64,000 bases of DNA, from contig JBMOPW010000045.1 of the NCBI GenBank assembly GCA_049322915.1, positions 1 to 64,000 on the forward strand, in the 5' to 3' direction. The stretch comes from Candidatus Zhuqueibacterota bacterium. GTDB lineage: Bacteria > Zhuqueibacterota > Zhuqueibacteria > Thermofontimicrobiales > Thermofontimicrobiaceae. Position 1 is the stretch's first letter; each line of letters begins with the position of its first letter. Both the position numbers and the translations under genes were made by a program. Of this stretch, positions 9,966 to 19,070 are shown piece after piece. The notes below the pieces were generated by a model. That model saw nothing but the letters and a program-made list of their open reading frames with translations, ran no database searches and was not told the origin of the DNA.

Positions 9966-11540
9966 GTGCAGATAAATAATTTCCTAGAAATTACCGCGCA
10001 AAATTTCCCTGATAAAAAAGCTATCTGGCATAATAACCAGTGGCTCACTTATTCAGAAATTAATTCACTATCGAACAAGGTCGGTAATTATTTGAAGGGC
10101 TGTGGCCTGGAACGCGGGGATCGGGTTGCCATCCTCCTCGAGAATAGTTTCGACTATATCATTTCTTACTATGCAATTTTAAAAATTGGGGCCATTACCG
10201 TTGCTCTAAATACTGAATCAACGACGGACTCATTGACTTACTTATTGAATGATTCAGGCGCCAGGGCAATTATATCGAATAAAAAATTCACTAAAAAGCT
10301 GATCCCTGCTTTAGCTAATTTGATAAATCTGAGATGGGCTATCATTGATCAGCCTGATCCTGCAGAATATCAAAAGCTAAATTTTTGCACTACCATCGCT
10401 TTAAAGAAAATTTATACATCTGGCAATGACGCTCATCCCAATGTGCGGTGCATCGATACCGATATCGCGTCTATTGTGTACACTTCAGGCAGCACAGGAA
10501 AACCAAAAGGCGCCACGTTAACTCATTTCAATATTGTGAGCAACACCCATTCGATCGTTGAGTATCTCCAGTTGAACGCGCACGATCGAATTATGGTTGT
10601 CCTGCCATTTTATTATATTTATGGGAAATCGCTGCTCAATACGCATTTCTGTGTTGGCGGATCCGTCGTCATTGATAACAGATTTCTCTATCCCAATGTC
10701 GTCCTCGAAACCATGAAGCAGATGGAGGTCACTGGTTTCTCCGGAGTGCCTTCTACGTTCATGATTCTGTTGAACAGGTCTTCTGTGCGCACTTACACAT
10801 TTAGTTCGCTGCGCTATTTGACACAAGCCGGTGGCGCGATGGCGCCGGTTGTTCAAAAGGAAGTTGCTAAAGTTTTTTCGCCTGCCAAGTTATTCATCAT
10901 GTACGGCGCCACCGAAGCTTCAGCGCGGCTCTCTTATTTAGATCCTGAAATGCTGCCCCAAAAGTGGGGATCCATCGGAAAAGCCATTCCCAATGTTGAT
11001 CTTTTCATCGCTGATGAAAATGGACGTCCGCTACCGCCCGGGGAGGTCGGCGAGATCGTTGCCAGAGGATCGAATTTGATGGTGGGATACTGGAACGATC
11101 CGGAAGAAACGGCACGCGTGATAAAAAATGGTATGTACTTTACCGGCGATCTGGGTCGGATGGATGAAGATGGCTATCTCTTCGTCGTGGGGCGAAAACG
11201 AGACATGATAAAAGTCGGCGGCGAGCGAGTGAGCGCCAAAGAAATCGAAGAAGCGATATTGGAAATCCCCGAAGTTCATGAAGTGGCAGTCATTGGCGTG
11301 GAAGAAGAAGTATTGGGTGAGGCGATTAAAGCGATCATTGTTTTCAATGATGAAATGGAACCGCTGCATGAAAAGGCAATTCGCGCATTCCTGTCAAAGA
11401 AATTACCTCTGGTGAAAATACCAAAATTCATCGAGTTTGTCAAAACCCTTCCAAAGAACGAGTCCGGAAAAATTCTAAAGACCGTTCTGAGAGAGCAACA
11501 TCGTATTGAAACTTTTCAAGATGAAAGGGTACCGGAATGA
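9966..11540 (+). CDS. Class I adenylate-forming enzyme (acyl-CoA/acyl-ACP ligase)
   Basis: YTSGSTGKPKG, MYGATE, FTGDLG and LPKNESGK motifs; GTG start. Confidence 0.93.
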   Translation: MQINNFLEITAQNFPDKKAIWHNNQWLTYSEINSLSNKVGNYLKGCGLERGDRVAILLENSFDYIISYYAILKIGAITVALNTESTTDSLTYLLNDSGARAIISNKKFTKKLIPALANLINLRWAIIDQPDPAEYQKLNFCTTIALKKIYTSGNDAHPNVRCIDTDIASIVYTSGSTGKPKGATLTHFNIVSNTHSIVEYLQLNAHDRIMVVLPFYYIYGKSLLNTHFCVGGSVVIDNRFLYPNVVLETMKQMEVTGFSGVPSTFMILLNRSSVRTYTFSSLRYLTQAGGAMAPVVQKEVAKVFSPAKLFIMYGATEASARLSYLDPEMLPQKWGSIGKAIPNVDLFIADENGRPLPPGEVGEIVARGSNLMVGYWNDPEETARVIKNGMYFTGDLGRMDEDGYLFVVGRKRDMIKVGGERVSAKEIEEAILEIPEVHEVAVIGVEEEVLGEAIKAIIVFNDEMEPLHEKAIRAFLSKKLPLVKIPKFIEFVKTLPKNESGKILKTVLREQHRIETFQDERVPE

Positions 11541-12349
11541 GAACACTAGTTTTGATCATATTCGTTGTGGCGCTTAGTTGCACGAATGATATGGAGAAAG
11601 ACCACATGAAACTTCCTTTGGAATCGATTCAAATGAGCGATTCAGCAATCGACTCGTTGGCCTCCAAACGCATTTATTTTGGTCACATGTCCGTTGGGTA
11701 CAACATGATGAAGGGCGTCGAAAATGTCATCAAATCGGATGCACGACTCAGCGCCATCCGTGTGATAGAGCTTGCTGAAAATGATACGATTTCAGCGCCG
11801 GGATTTTATCACGGGAAAAACGGGAAGAATTCGTTCCCGGATACAAAGTGCGATGCGTTTAAAAATCTGTTATTTAAAAATGATTTTGCCAAGAATCTGG
11901 ATATCGCGTTTTTTAAATTTTGCTATGTCGATTTAAAGGATAATTCCGATGTGCAAAAAATTTTCAATTATTATGTGTCTACTGTGGAGGGAGTGAAATC
12001 AGCATTCCCTCACCTGAAAATTGTTCACGTCACTGTGCCGTTGAAATCCCATTGCTGGGGAATGAAAGAAAAAGTGAAACGGTTGTTCCAGACAGATGTA
12101 TCAAATATCAAGCGGAACGAATTTAATACCTTGCTTCTGGAGAAGTACAGCGGACATGAACCGGTGTTTGATCTGGCAGGAATTGAATCGACCTGTGAGG
12201 ACGGCAGCCGGACGTCATTTAAACACAATGGCAATGTCTATTATTCACTTAATGATCGGTACACCTACGATGGCGGGCATTTGAACGCGGAAGGATCGCT
12301 CTTAGCAGGGCGGGCGCTCGTGCAACTTTTGTCTGAAATTTCCCTGTAA
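11537..12349 (+). CDS. SGNH-like lipoprotein, paralog of 6172..7323
   Basis: Lipobox-like ALSC; FGHMSVG, FKFCYVD, VFDLAGIES and YDGGHLN motifs; ATGA overlap with the ligase stop. Confidence 0.7.
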   Translation: MRTLVLIIFVVALSCTNDMEKDHMKLPLESIQMSDSAIDSLASKRIYFGHMSVGYNMMKGVENVIKSDARLSAIRVIELAENDTISAPGFYHGKNGKNSFPDTKCDAFKNLLFKNDFAKNLDIAFFKFCYVDLKDNSDVQKIFNYYVSTVEGVKSAFPHLKIVHVTVPLKSHCWGMKEKVKRLFQTDVSNIKRNEFNTLLLEKYSGHEPVFDLAGIESTCEDGSRTSFKHNGNVYYSLNDRYTYDGGHLNAEGSLLAGRALVQLLSEISL

Positions 12350-12388
12350 CCCCTGGTTATAACTGATGAATGCGAGGAAGGAATTACA

Positions 12389-12640
12389 ATGCAACATTTG
12401 CCAGTAATCAAAGAGTTTATCATAGAAAATTTCCTGTTCGGCGATGGTGAAAATCTTCAGGACGATGCATCGTTTATGGATAACGGCATCATCGACTCCA
12501 CAGGCATCCTGGAGTTGATCACATTTCTCGAAGAGAAGTTTGGAATTAGCGTCAAGGACGATGAACTCGTTCCTGACAACCTGGACAGCCTGACGAAGGT
12601 CTCCGGCTATCTCGAAAGAAAGCTGCAGGCCGGACAGTGA
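12389..12640 (+). CDS. Acyl carrier protein
   Basis: 83 aa acidic protein with GIIDSTG phosphopantetheine-Ser motif; GAGG/AAGG upstream. Confidence 0.92.
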   Translation: MQHLPVIKEFIIENFLFGDGENLQDDASFMDNGIIDSTGILELITFLEEKFGISVKDDELVPDNLDSLTKVSGYLERKLQAGQ

Positions 12641-12863
12641 TGTCCTTTCCAACACCTGAAATCCAATCAATAAAACGGAATTCGAATGAAGCGAGTCGAT
12701 TGATGGTTTTCAGAAATTGTGCGACAACGACTCTCCCGGCAGACGATCAATTTTCCCACCCTCTCATTGCGAATGCTCAGCGACATGGTTGAATCTCCGT
12801 TTAATAACTTCATTCAGTCCTATTTTAACTCGATCATTTTCAACAATCACAACGACAACACGT

Positions 12864-14840
12864 ATGTGCGGAATCGCGGGTAAATACTCATTCTCTTCAG
12901 CGAAACACATTTCGCCTCATGACATTGGCAAAATGGTTCAGATCATGAACTATCGTGGTCCGGATGAAACCGGCTGGTACGTGGACGATGTCGTTGGATT
13001 GGGACACGCGCGCCTCAGCATCATCGATCTGGCCGGGGGCGTGCAGCCCATTCACAACGAAGACGAGACCATGTGGATTGTGTACAATGGCGAGATTTTC
13101 AACTATCCTGAATTGAAGGCTGACCTGGAAAAGAAAGGCCATCGTTTTTATACGACAACGGACACTGAGGTGCTGTTGCACCTCTATGAGCAAAAGGGTG
13201 TCGATTGCCTGAATGATCTGAACGGCCAGTTCGCTCTGGCGATTTGGGATCGTTCGCGCCGCGAACTTTTTCTGGCCCGCGATCGCGTCGGCATTCGACC
13301 GCTGTTCTTTACGCTGCAAAATGATGTCCTGACATTTGCTTCGGAAATCAAAGCGATTTTCACTGACAGCGCCATCCCACGCGAAATCGATGCATCGGCG
13401 TTGGATGAAATATTCACGTTCTGGACGAACCTGCCGGGCAGGACAGTGTTCAAAAATATTCACGAGCTCCGGCCCGGACATTACGCGACAATTAAAAACA
13501 ACCATTTTCAGATTGGCAAGTTCTGGGATATTCCTTTTGCGCCTCCACAGGATCAATTGAATTTATCAGTCGGCCAGTACGCCGAGCACATCAAGGATTT
13601 GCTGACCGATGCCATCCGAATTCGGCTGCGAGCGGACGTGCCTGTGGGATGCTATCTCAGCGGCGGACTGGATTCGTCTGGGGTCACTTCGCTGGTGGTG
13701 AAAAACTTCGATAATAACGTCCGCACATTTGGCATTCGGTTCGAGGAAAAAGCGTTCGACGAAGGCCAGCATCAAAATCTGATGGTGTCTTATCTTCGCA
13801 CCGATCACACTGAAATTGTAGCCACCAATCAATTCATCGGCGAAGCGCTGCCGCAAGTCCTCTGGCATTGTGAAAAACCGCTGCTGCGCACCGGACCGGT
13901 ACCGTTGTTTTTATTATCGAAAGCCGTTCACGACAGCCACTATAAAGTTGTACTCACCGGCGAAGGCGCGGACGAGGTGTTCGGCGGATACAATATCTTT
14001 CGGGAAGCCAAGGTTCGGAATTTTTGGGCAAAGCAACCCGATTCCAAATTCAGGGGAAAGCTGATTGGAAAACTGTATCCGTACATCTTCAATGATCCGC
14101 GGCTCTGGCAAATGAAGCAGGTCTTTTTCGCGACCGGATTGGATCGTCATCATGACCCATTTTTCTCTCACCTCATTCGCTGGCAGACCACGAGTAAAAT
14201 TAAGACGTTCTTTGCAGCGGAGGTTCATGCTGCCCAGAACCTCGACGCCTTCAACGGAGCGCTCACATCCATGTTGCCGGCCTCCTTCTCGCAGTGGGAT
14301 CCTCTCGCCAAAGCGCAGTATCTGGAAATGACCCTATTTTTGAGCAATTACCTGCTCTCATCCCAGGGCGACCGCGTGGCCATGGCCCATTCGGTGGAAA
14401 TCCGACTGCCTTTTCTTGACTATCGAATCATCGAGTTCATGGGACAGGTGCCGTCGTCTCTGAAAATCAGAGGAATGAACGAGAAGTATTTATTGAAGAA
14501 AGCATTTCAGGGAATTTTGCCGGAAGCGATTGTCCGTCGCCCCAAGCATCCCTATCGCGCGCCGATTGGACAGAGCTTTTTTAATAAAGATACATCGGCG
14601 TTCACGATGGATGTGCTCTCGGAACGCGAATTATTACAATCCGGGCTGTTCAATCCTGTCAAAGTAGCGGGTTTAATCCGCAAATTTCAGCAGCAGAGCG
14701 AAGCCAGCGAGACCGATAACATGGCGATCATGGGAATTTTGTCGGCGCAGTTGATCTTCCATCAATTCATCCGGGCCTTTCCCGGGGACAGCATCCGACC
14801 GAAACAGCCAACTGTCGCGTTTGACTTTCGATCCGTATGA
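12864..14840 (+). CDS. asnB: Asparagine synthase (glutamine-hydrolysing) family amidotransferase
   Basis: Starts MCGIAG at ATG 12864 (Ntn Cys), not 12717; RGPD, LGHARLSIID, LSGGLDS, GEGADE and EIRLPFLD motifs. Confidence 0.93.
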   Translation: MCGIAGKYSFSSAKHISPHDIGKMVQIMNYRGPDETGWYVDDVVGLGHARLSIIDLAGGVQPIHNEDETMWIVYNGEIFNYPELKADLEKKGHRFYTTTDTEVLLHLYEQKGVDCLNDLNGQFALAIWDRSRRELFLARDRVGIRPLFFTLQNDVLTFASEIKAIFTDSAIPREIDASALDEIFTFWTNLPGRTVFKNIHELRPGHYATIKNNHFQIGKFWDIPFAPPQDQLNLSVGQYAEHIKDLLTDAIRIRLRADVPVGCYLSGGLDSSGVTSLVVKNFDNNVRTFGIRFEEKAFDEGQHQNLMVSYLRTDHTEIVATNQFIGEALPQVLWHCEKPLLRTGPVPLFLLSKAVHDSHYKVVLTGEGADEVFGGYNIFREAKVRNFWAKQPDSKFRGKLIGKLYPYIFNDPRLWQMKQVFFATGLDRHHDPFFSHLIRWQTTSKIKTFFAAEVHAAQNLDAFNGALTSMLPASFSQWDPLAKAQYLEMTLFLSNYLLSSQGDRVAMAHSVEIRLPFLDYRIIEFMGQVPSSLKIRGMNEKYLLKKAFQGILPEAIVRRPKHPYRAPIGQSFFNKDTSAFTMDVLSERELLQSGLFNPVKVAGLIRKFQQQSEASETDNMAIMGILSAQLIFHQFIRAFPGDSIRPKQPTVAFDFRSV

Positions 14841-14939
14841 GTCTGCCGGTGGCGTCCCCGTGGCAATTTCGCTGATTACTCGGAGCATTCGACCACATTA
14901 AAAATCGTCCCATCATTCACTCAATTATTGCATGAAACC

Positions 14940-17195
14940 ATGAAAAAAATTCTGCCCGTTTTAATCCTGTTTCTTCTGGCCGGGGTGAATTCGGGAAGAT
15001 GTCAGGCGCCGGGCGTTATCTCCGGAACGGTCACCGATGAACATGGCCAACCCCTGCCTAACGCTACCATCATCATCCTGGGCACGCAGTGGGGTGCTGC
15101 TTCGGACAGCGAAGGCGTCTATCGGATACCGAATCTGGCCGCGGGAGTGTACAGACTGAAATGTATGAGCATGGGCTACGAATCAGTCATCAAGGACGCT
15201 GTGTCGGTGCGCGCCGGTGAGGTCACCACGGTGAATATTCAATTGATCGAAAAAGCGATTGAGATGGAGGAAGTCATCGTAACCCCGGGTGATTTTTCAA
15301 TCGCGCAGCAGCAAACCGCCAAACGGCAGGTGATTGATAAAGAGAAGATCATCGATGTGCCGGCGACGTTGAACGACATTTGCCGCGTGTTGCAGATCAT
15401 GCCCGGCATAACGTTCTCTGACGATTACAGCGCGCATTTTCATGTGCGCGGCGGGAAGCAGAACGAGAACCTCATTCTCCTCGATGGCATGGAGATATTC
15501 GACCCGTATCACCTCAAACATATTGGCGGCGCTGTCGGCGTGATGAATATGGAATTGACCGAGAATGTGTCGGTATTGACCGGCGGGTTTCCTGCCCGGT
15601 ACGGGGATAAATTATCTTCAGTGGTGGCAGTGGAAAATCGGGCTGGCGATAAAGAGAGGTTCAGTGGTAATATCGGCGGCGGCGGCACCGGATTTTCATT
15701 TTTGCTGGAAGGACCCATGCCGTACGGCAGTTGGATTCTTTCTGCGCGAAAAAGTTTTTTGAAAGAAGCGGCTGAGTTCCTGAATCCCACGGATTACACT
15801 TTTTCACCATCCTTTTATGACGTGCAGGGAAAACTTTCATTGACCGGCTCCGGCAGGAATCAATTCACCTACAATTTTCTTTATTCAAAAGATAACTCGT
15901 ATCTGGAAAAATGGCGCCGGGACTCAGAACTGAACTCGGATTACGGCAACAGCTATCACGGCATCGTCTGGCGAAAGATCATCAGTCCCAGATTTCTGTG
16001 GGAAATGATCCTCTCCCGCGGTGAGAATTTCTGGGACAATAAAATCGGGGATGATAAACGGGAGAAATTGAACCTAGCCGAGAATGTGTTCACGTGGAAT
16101 TTCACAACGGAGCCGCTGCGCCGGCATCATGTTGAAGCCGGATTGACCTACAAATTCATCAGCTACGATTACGAACTGGATGCGCCCGAAATTTCCACGG
16201 ACCTGCAGGATTTCGAGGAGTTGGTTCAGTCGGCTTATGGCGATGTTAAAATTAATCCCAGGACCTACAAGTTGTCCGGGTTCCTGCAGGACAAATTCCC
16301 CATCTATCAATCCCTGTTCGCCAATGTGGGGCTGCGTTACGATTATTTCGAGTACAACGAAGATCAACATGTTTCACCGCGGCTGGGCCTGGCTTATAAA
16401 GTGACCGAGAAAACCATATTCCGGGGCGCCTGGGGCCATTTTTACCAATCCCCGGTGTACACAGAATTGACTGATACAAAGGGCGCAGAACACAACCCGA
16501 CATCGGAGAAGTCGGTCCACTATGTCGCCGGCGTTGAACATCACTTCTCGGACAAAATCTCTATTCGGGTGGAGGCCTATCAAAAGACATTGGAGCAGAT
16601 GATCGGGCATTATTATGAAATTATTGAGGAAGAGCCGGAGATCCGATACGGGAACCCCTATGATGGTTTGGCAAAGGGCGTTGAGTTTTTCTTTAATGGA
16701 CAATTCACAAAACGCTGGTCTCTCTGGGGCGCCTATGCTTTCTCAAAGACCGAGATCGAACGGCTGCTGATCGACTGGCAGGAACTATCTATTGAAACGC
16801 AGACAGTCCCCCGATTTACTGACCAGCCGCACAATCTCTCCCTGTTCACCAGCGTGCTGTTTCCGCGAGCCTGGGAACTGAATATCAAATGGCGATACCT
16901 GTCCGGAATCCCCTACACGCCGGAGTACCCGGTCTGGAACAATGGCAAAGCCAATTGGGATAGCGGGGAGCCGTATTCGGCTCGCTATCCTGCGTACCAT
17001 CGATTGGATGTCCGAATTGGCAAGCGATTCACGTTCAATCGATTCGAACTGGCTACTTTTCTCGAAATAAAAAATCTGTACAATAATGACAATGTGTTGC
17101 TGTACGATTTCGAAATTGAAGATAACCAGCATGTGAAAAAAGTCTATCACACGCTGCCATTTCTGCCAACCATAGAATTTACGTTAACTTTTTAA
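14940..17195 (+). CDS. TonB-dependent receptor with N-terminal carboxypeptidase-regulatory-like domain
   Basis: Signal peptide; ISGTVTDEHGQPL domain; plug motifs VRGG...NLILLDG and GGFPARYGDKLSSV; C-terminal Phe. Confidence 0.9.
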   Translation: MKKILPVLILFLLAGVNSGRCQAPGVISGTVTDEHGQPLPNATIIILGTQWGAASDSEGVYRIPNLAAGVYRLKCMSMGYESVIKDAVSVRAGEVTTVNIQLIEKAIEMEEVIVTPGDFSIAQQQTAKRQVIDKEKIIDVPATLNDICRVLQIMPGITFSDDYSAHFHVRGGKQNENLILLDGMEIFDPYHLKHIGGAVGVMNMELTENVSVLTGGFPARYGDKLSSVVAVENRAGDKERFSGNIGGGGTGFSFLLEGPMPYGSWILSARKSFLKEAAEFLNPTDYTFSPSFYDVQGKLSLTGSGRNQFTYNFLYSKDNSYLEKWRRDSELNSDYGNSYHGIVWRKIISPRFLWEMILSRGENFWDNKIGDDKREKLNLAENVFTWNFTTEPLRRHHVEAGLTYKFISYDYELDAPEISTDLQDFEELVQSAYGDVKINPRTYKLSGFLQDKFPIYQSLFANVGLRYDYFEYNEDQHVSPRLGLAYKVTEKTIFRGAWGHFYQSPVYTELTDTKGAEHNPTSEKSVHYVAGVEHHFSDKISIRVEAYQKTLEQMIGHYYEIIEEEPEIRYGNPYDGLAKGVEFFFNGQFTKRWSLWGAYAFSKTEIERLLIDWQELSIETQTVPRFTDQPHNLSLFTSVLFPRAWELNIKWRYLSGIPYTPEYPVWNNGKANWDSGEPYSARYPAYHRLDVRIGKRFTFNRFELATFLEIKNLYNNDNVLLYDFEIEDNQHVKKVYHTLPFLPTIEFTLTF

Positions 17196-17424
17196 TCCCT
17201 CGGCAGTACCAGGGACGAAAAATAATTCTACCACCTTCGCCAACCAACCAAACACGAACAGGGCGAAAGACAACACGTTTATTTCATTCATAAAAATACT
17301 CTGCTGATTTCTCATCTCTCAGATTGCAGTGTAGTACGTTTCGACTCCGCGGATCTCTGATGCGCTGCCTCCTAAAAGTTATTCACAATTAATTGTCCGC
17401 TATCCAGTGGGCAGGAGGTGTAAC

Positions 17425-19062
17425 ATGAAAAGTTTTATCAAAATTCTAAGTACGAGCAGTTGCGTCATTTTGGTGTCGCTGTTATTTTCAGGCGTAGTCT
17501 CCGCTCAGTTCGTCATCAACGCCAATGATTTTCCATCGACGCCCGGGATTTGCATCATCACCGAAGACGATACGGTGAATGGCATCGGCATTGATGTCGG
17601 CTTGCCCGGCGCAAACCGTGTCTGGCGCTTCGACCAGCCATATCCAAGCACTCTCAGCCGTCAGGTGTTGATGGCCCCGAAAGATACCCCATTTTCAGCT
17701 CAATTCCCGGACGCCAACGTGGCCGTTCGTTACGACGGCAAACTGGGACACATCGTCCACAGCTACTATTTCGACGATATTTCCGGGGAGATTTATGGCT
17801 ATCAACAATTGACGCCAGGCGAACTGCGGATTCAGGGCTTTGGTGTGGATTCTGCCCTCGCCCGCTATAATGAATACGTGGCTGATGTGAGGGGGATAGT
17901 GGATATTGAACCCAATGTGTTGATGCATTCTTTTCCCCTGAGGTACGGCAAAACCTGGCAGAGCGTCTCGGATTTTAGTGTGGAAGCAGATACAACCCTG
18001 TTTGGAATTCCCATCACCTTGTCAGCGGACATCAAGGACAATGTCTCCTCCGTAGTCGATGGTTGGGGAACCATCTATTTACCGAATGCAAGTTATCGGA
18101 CGTTACGAGTGAAATCCTACATCTCATTGCAGGAAGATTTATTTCTCAATGGCGTTCAGATTCGTTCGAAGAAAACCCGTACCATAAATTATTACTGGAT
18201 CGCTCAGCATTATGGCATCGTGGCCCGCGTCATCAGCTATTCCAATGAACCTGACGACGGATTCCTCTTGGCCAAACAAGTGTCGCGGATTCATCTGTTC
18301 AATCCGAAAATTGAGCTGCGGCTCGATTCCTATAGCGGTCACCGCGGCGATATTTTTGAAATACCGATCCACATCAACAAAGTCACCGATCTTTCCATCT
18401 CATCTGTTCAGTTCAAAATTGGTTTTGATACAGGCAAGCTCATTCCGATGGAGGTGATCACACGGGGCGCGCTCACTGAAAAATGGCGCGCGCCGGAATT
18501 GATCGCTACGACGACCGGGGTGCAGTTCAAACTCAGCGGCGATGAGCCCCTGGCCGGCGAGGGCGTGTTATGTTACCTCAAAATGCAGGCCAATCCCAAT
18601 GCGACCGATTACGGGCTGACGGCCATCTCCTTCGATGAAGTAAAAATTGACAAAAGCGGCCCCATGATTGTGCCGTTTCCGGGTCGATTTGTCCTGTTGC
18701 CCGGAAATGTGCTGACCCGGGAAGAACAAATTGCCTTCGAACAACTCGTCGCCGGCTCCCTGGCAGAGTTCCGATTGATGCAAAATTACCCCAACCCGTT
18801 CAATTCTCTCACCACGATCGGATACCAATTGCCATCGAATTCCACAGTCACTCTTCAGATTTTTGACATGCAGGGCCGATTGATTCACACATTGGCGCAG
18901 GGCACGCAGCCAGCCGGACAGCATTTTTTGAATTGGGATGGGCGCGATGGTTTTGCCAATCTCGTGGCTTCCGGGACGTATTATTACCGCATCGATGTTG
19001 CACCCAATGAAACGACACAACAAACACTTTCATTCGTGAAGAAGCTCATTCTACTAAAGTGA
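17425..19062 (+). CDS. Secreted protein: unknown N-domain, cohesin-like domain and T9SS/FlgD-type CTD
   Basis: AGGAGG RBS; signal peptide; GDIFEIPIHI...FKIGFD...PLAGEGVLCYLK cohesin-like region; QNYPNPFN. Confidence 0.75.
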   Translation: MKSFIKILSTSSCVILVSLLFSGVVSAQFVINANDFPSTPGICIITEDDTVNGIGIDVGLPGANRVWRFDQPYPSTLSRQVLMAPKDTPFSAQFPDANVAVRYDGKLGHIVHSYYFDDISGEIYGYQQLTPGELRIQGFGVDSALARYNEYVADVRGIVDIEPNVLMHSFPLRYGKTWQSVSDFSVEADTTLFGIPITLSADIKDNVSSVVDGWGTIYLPNASYRTLRVKSYISLQEDLFLNGVQIRSKKTRTINYYWIAQHYGIVARVISYSNEPDDGFLLAKQVSRIHLFNPKIELRLDSYSGHRGDIFEIPIHINKVTDLSISSVQFKIGFDTGKLIPMEVITRGALTEKWRAPELIATTTGVQFKLSGDEPLAGEGVLCYLKMQANPNATDYGLTAISFDEVKIDKSGPMIVPFPGRFVLLPGNVLTREEQIAFEQLVAGSLAEFRLMQNYPNPFNSLTTIGYQLPSNSTVTLQIFDMQGRLIHTLAQGTQPAGQHFLNWDGRDGFANLVASGTYYYRIDVAPNETTQQTLSFVKKLILLK

Positions 19063-19070
19063 GGATTGCA

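Noticed and set aside
12717..12863. N-terminal extension of the AsnB ORF
   Set aside because: Ntn amidotransferases need Cys2, so the start is MCGIAG at 12864
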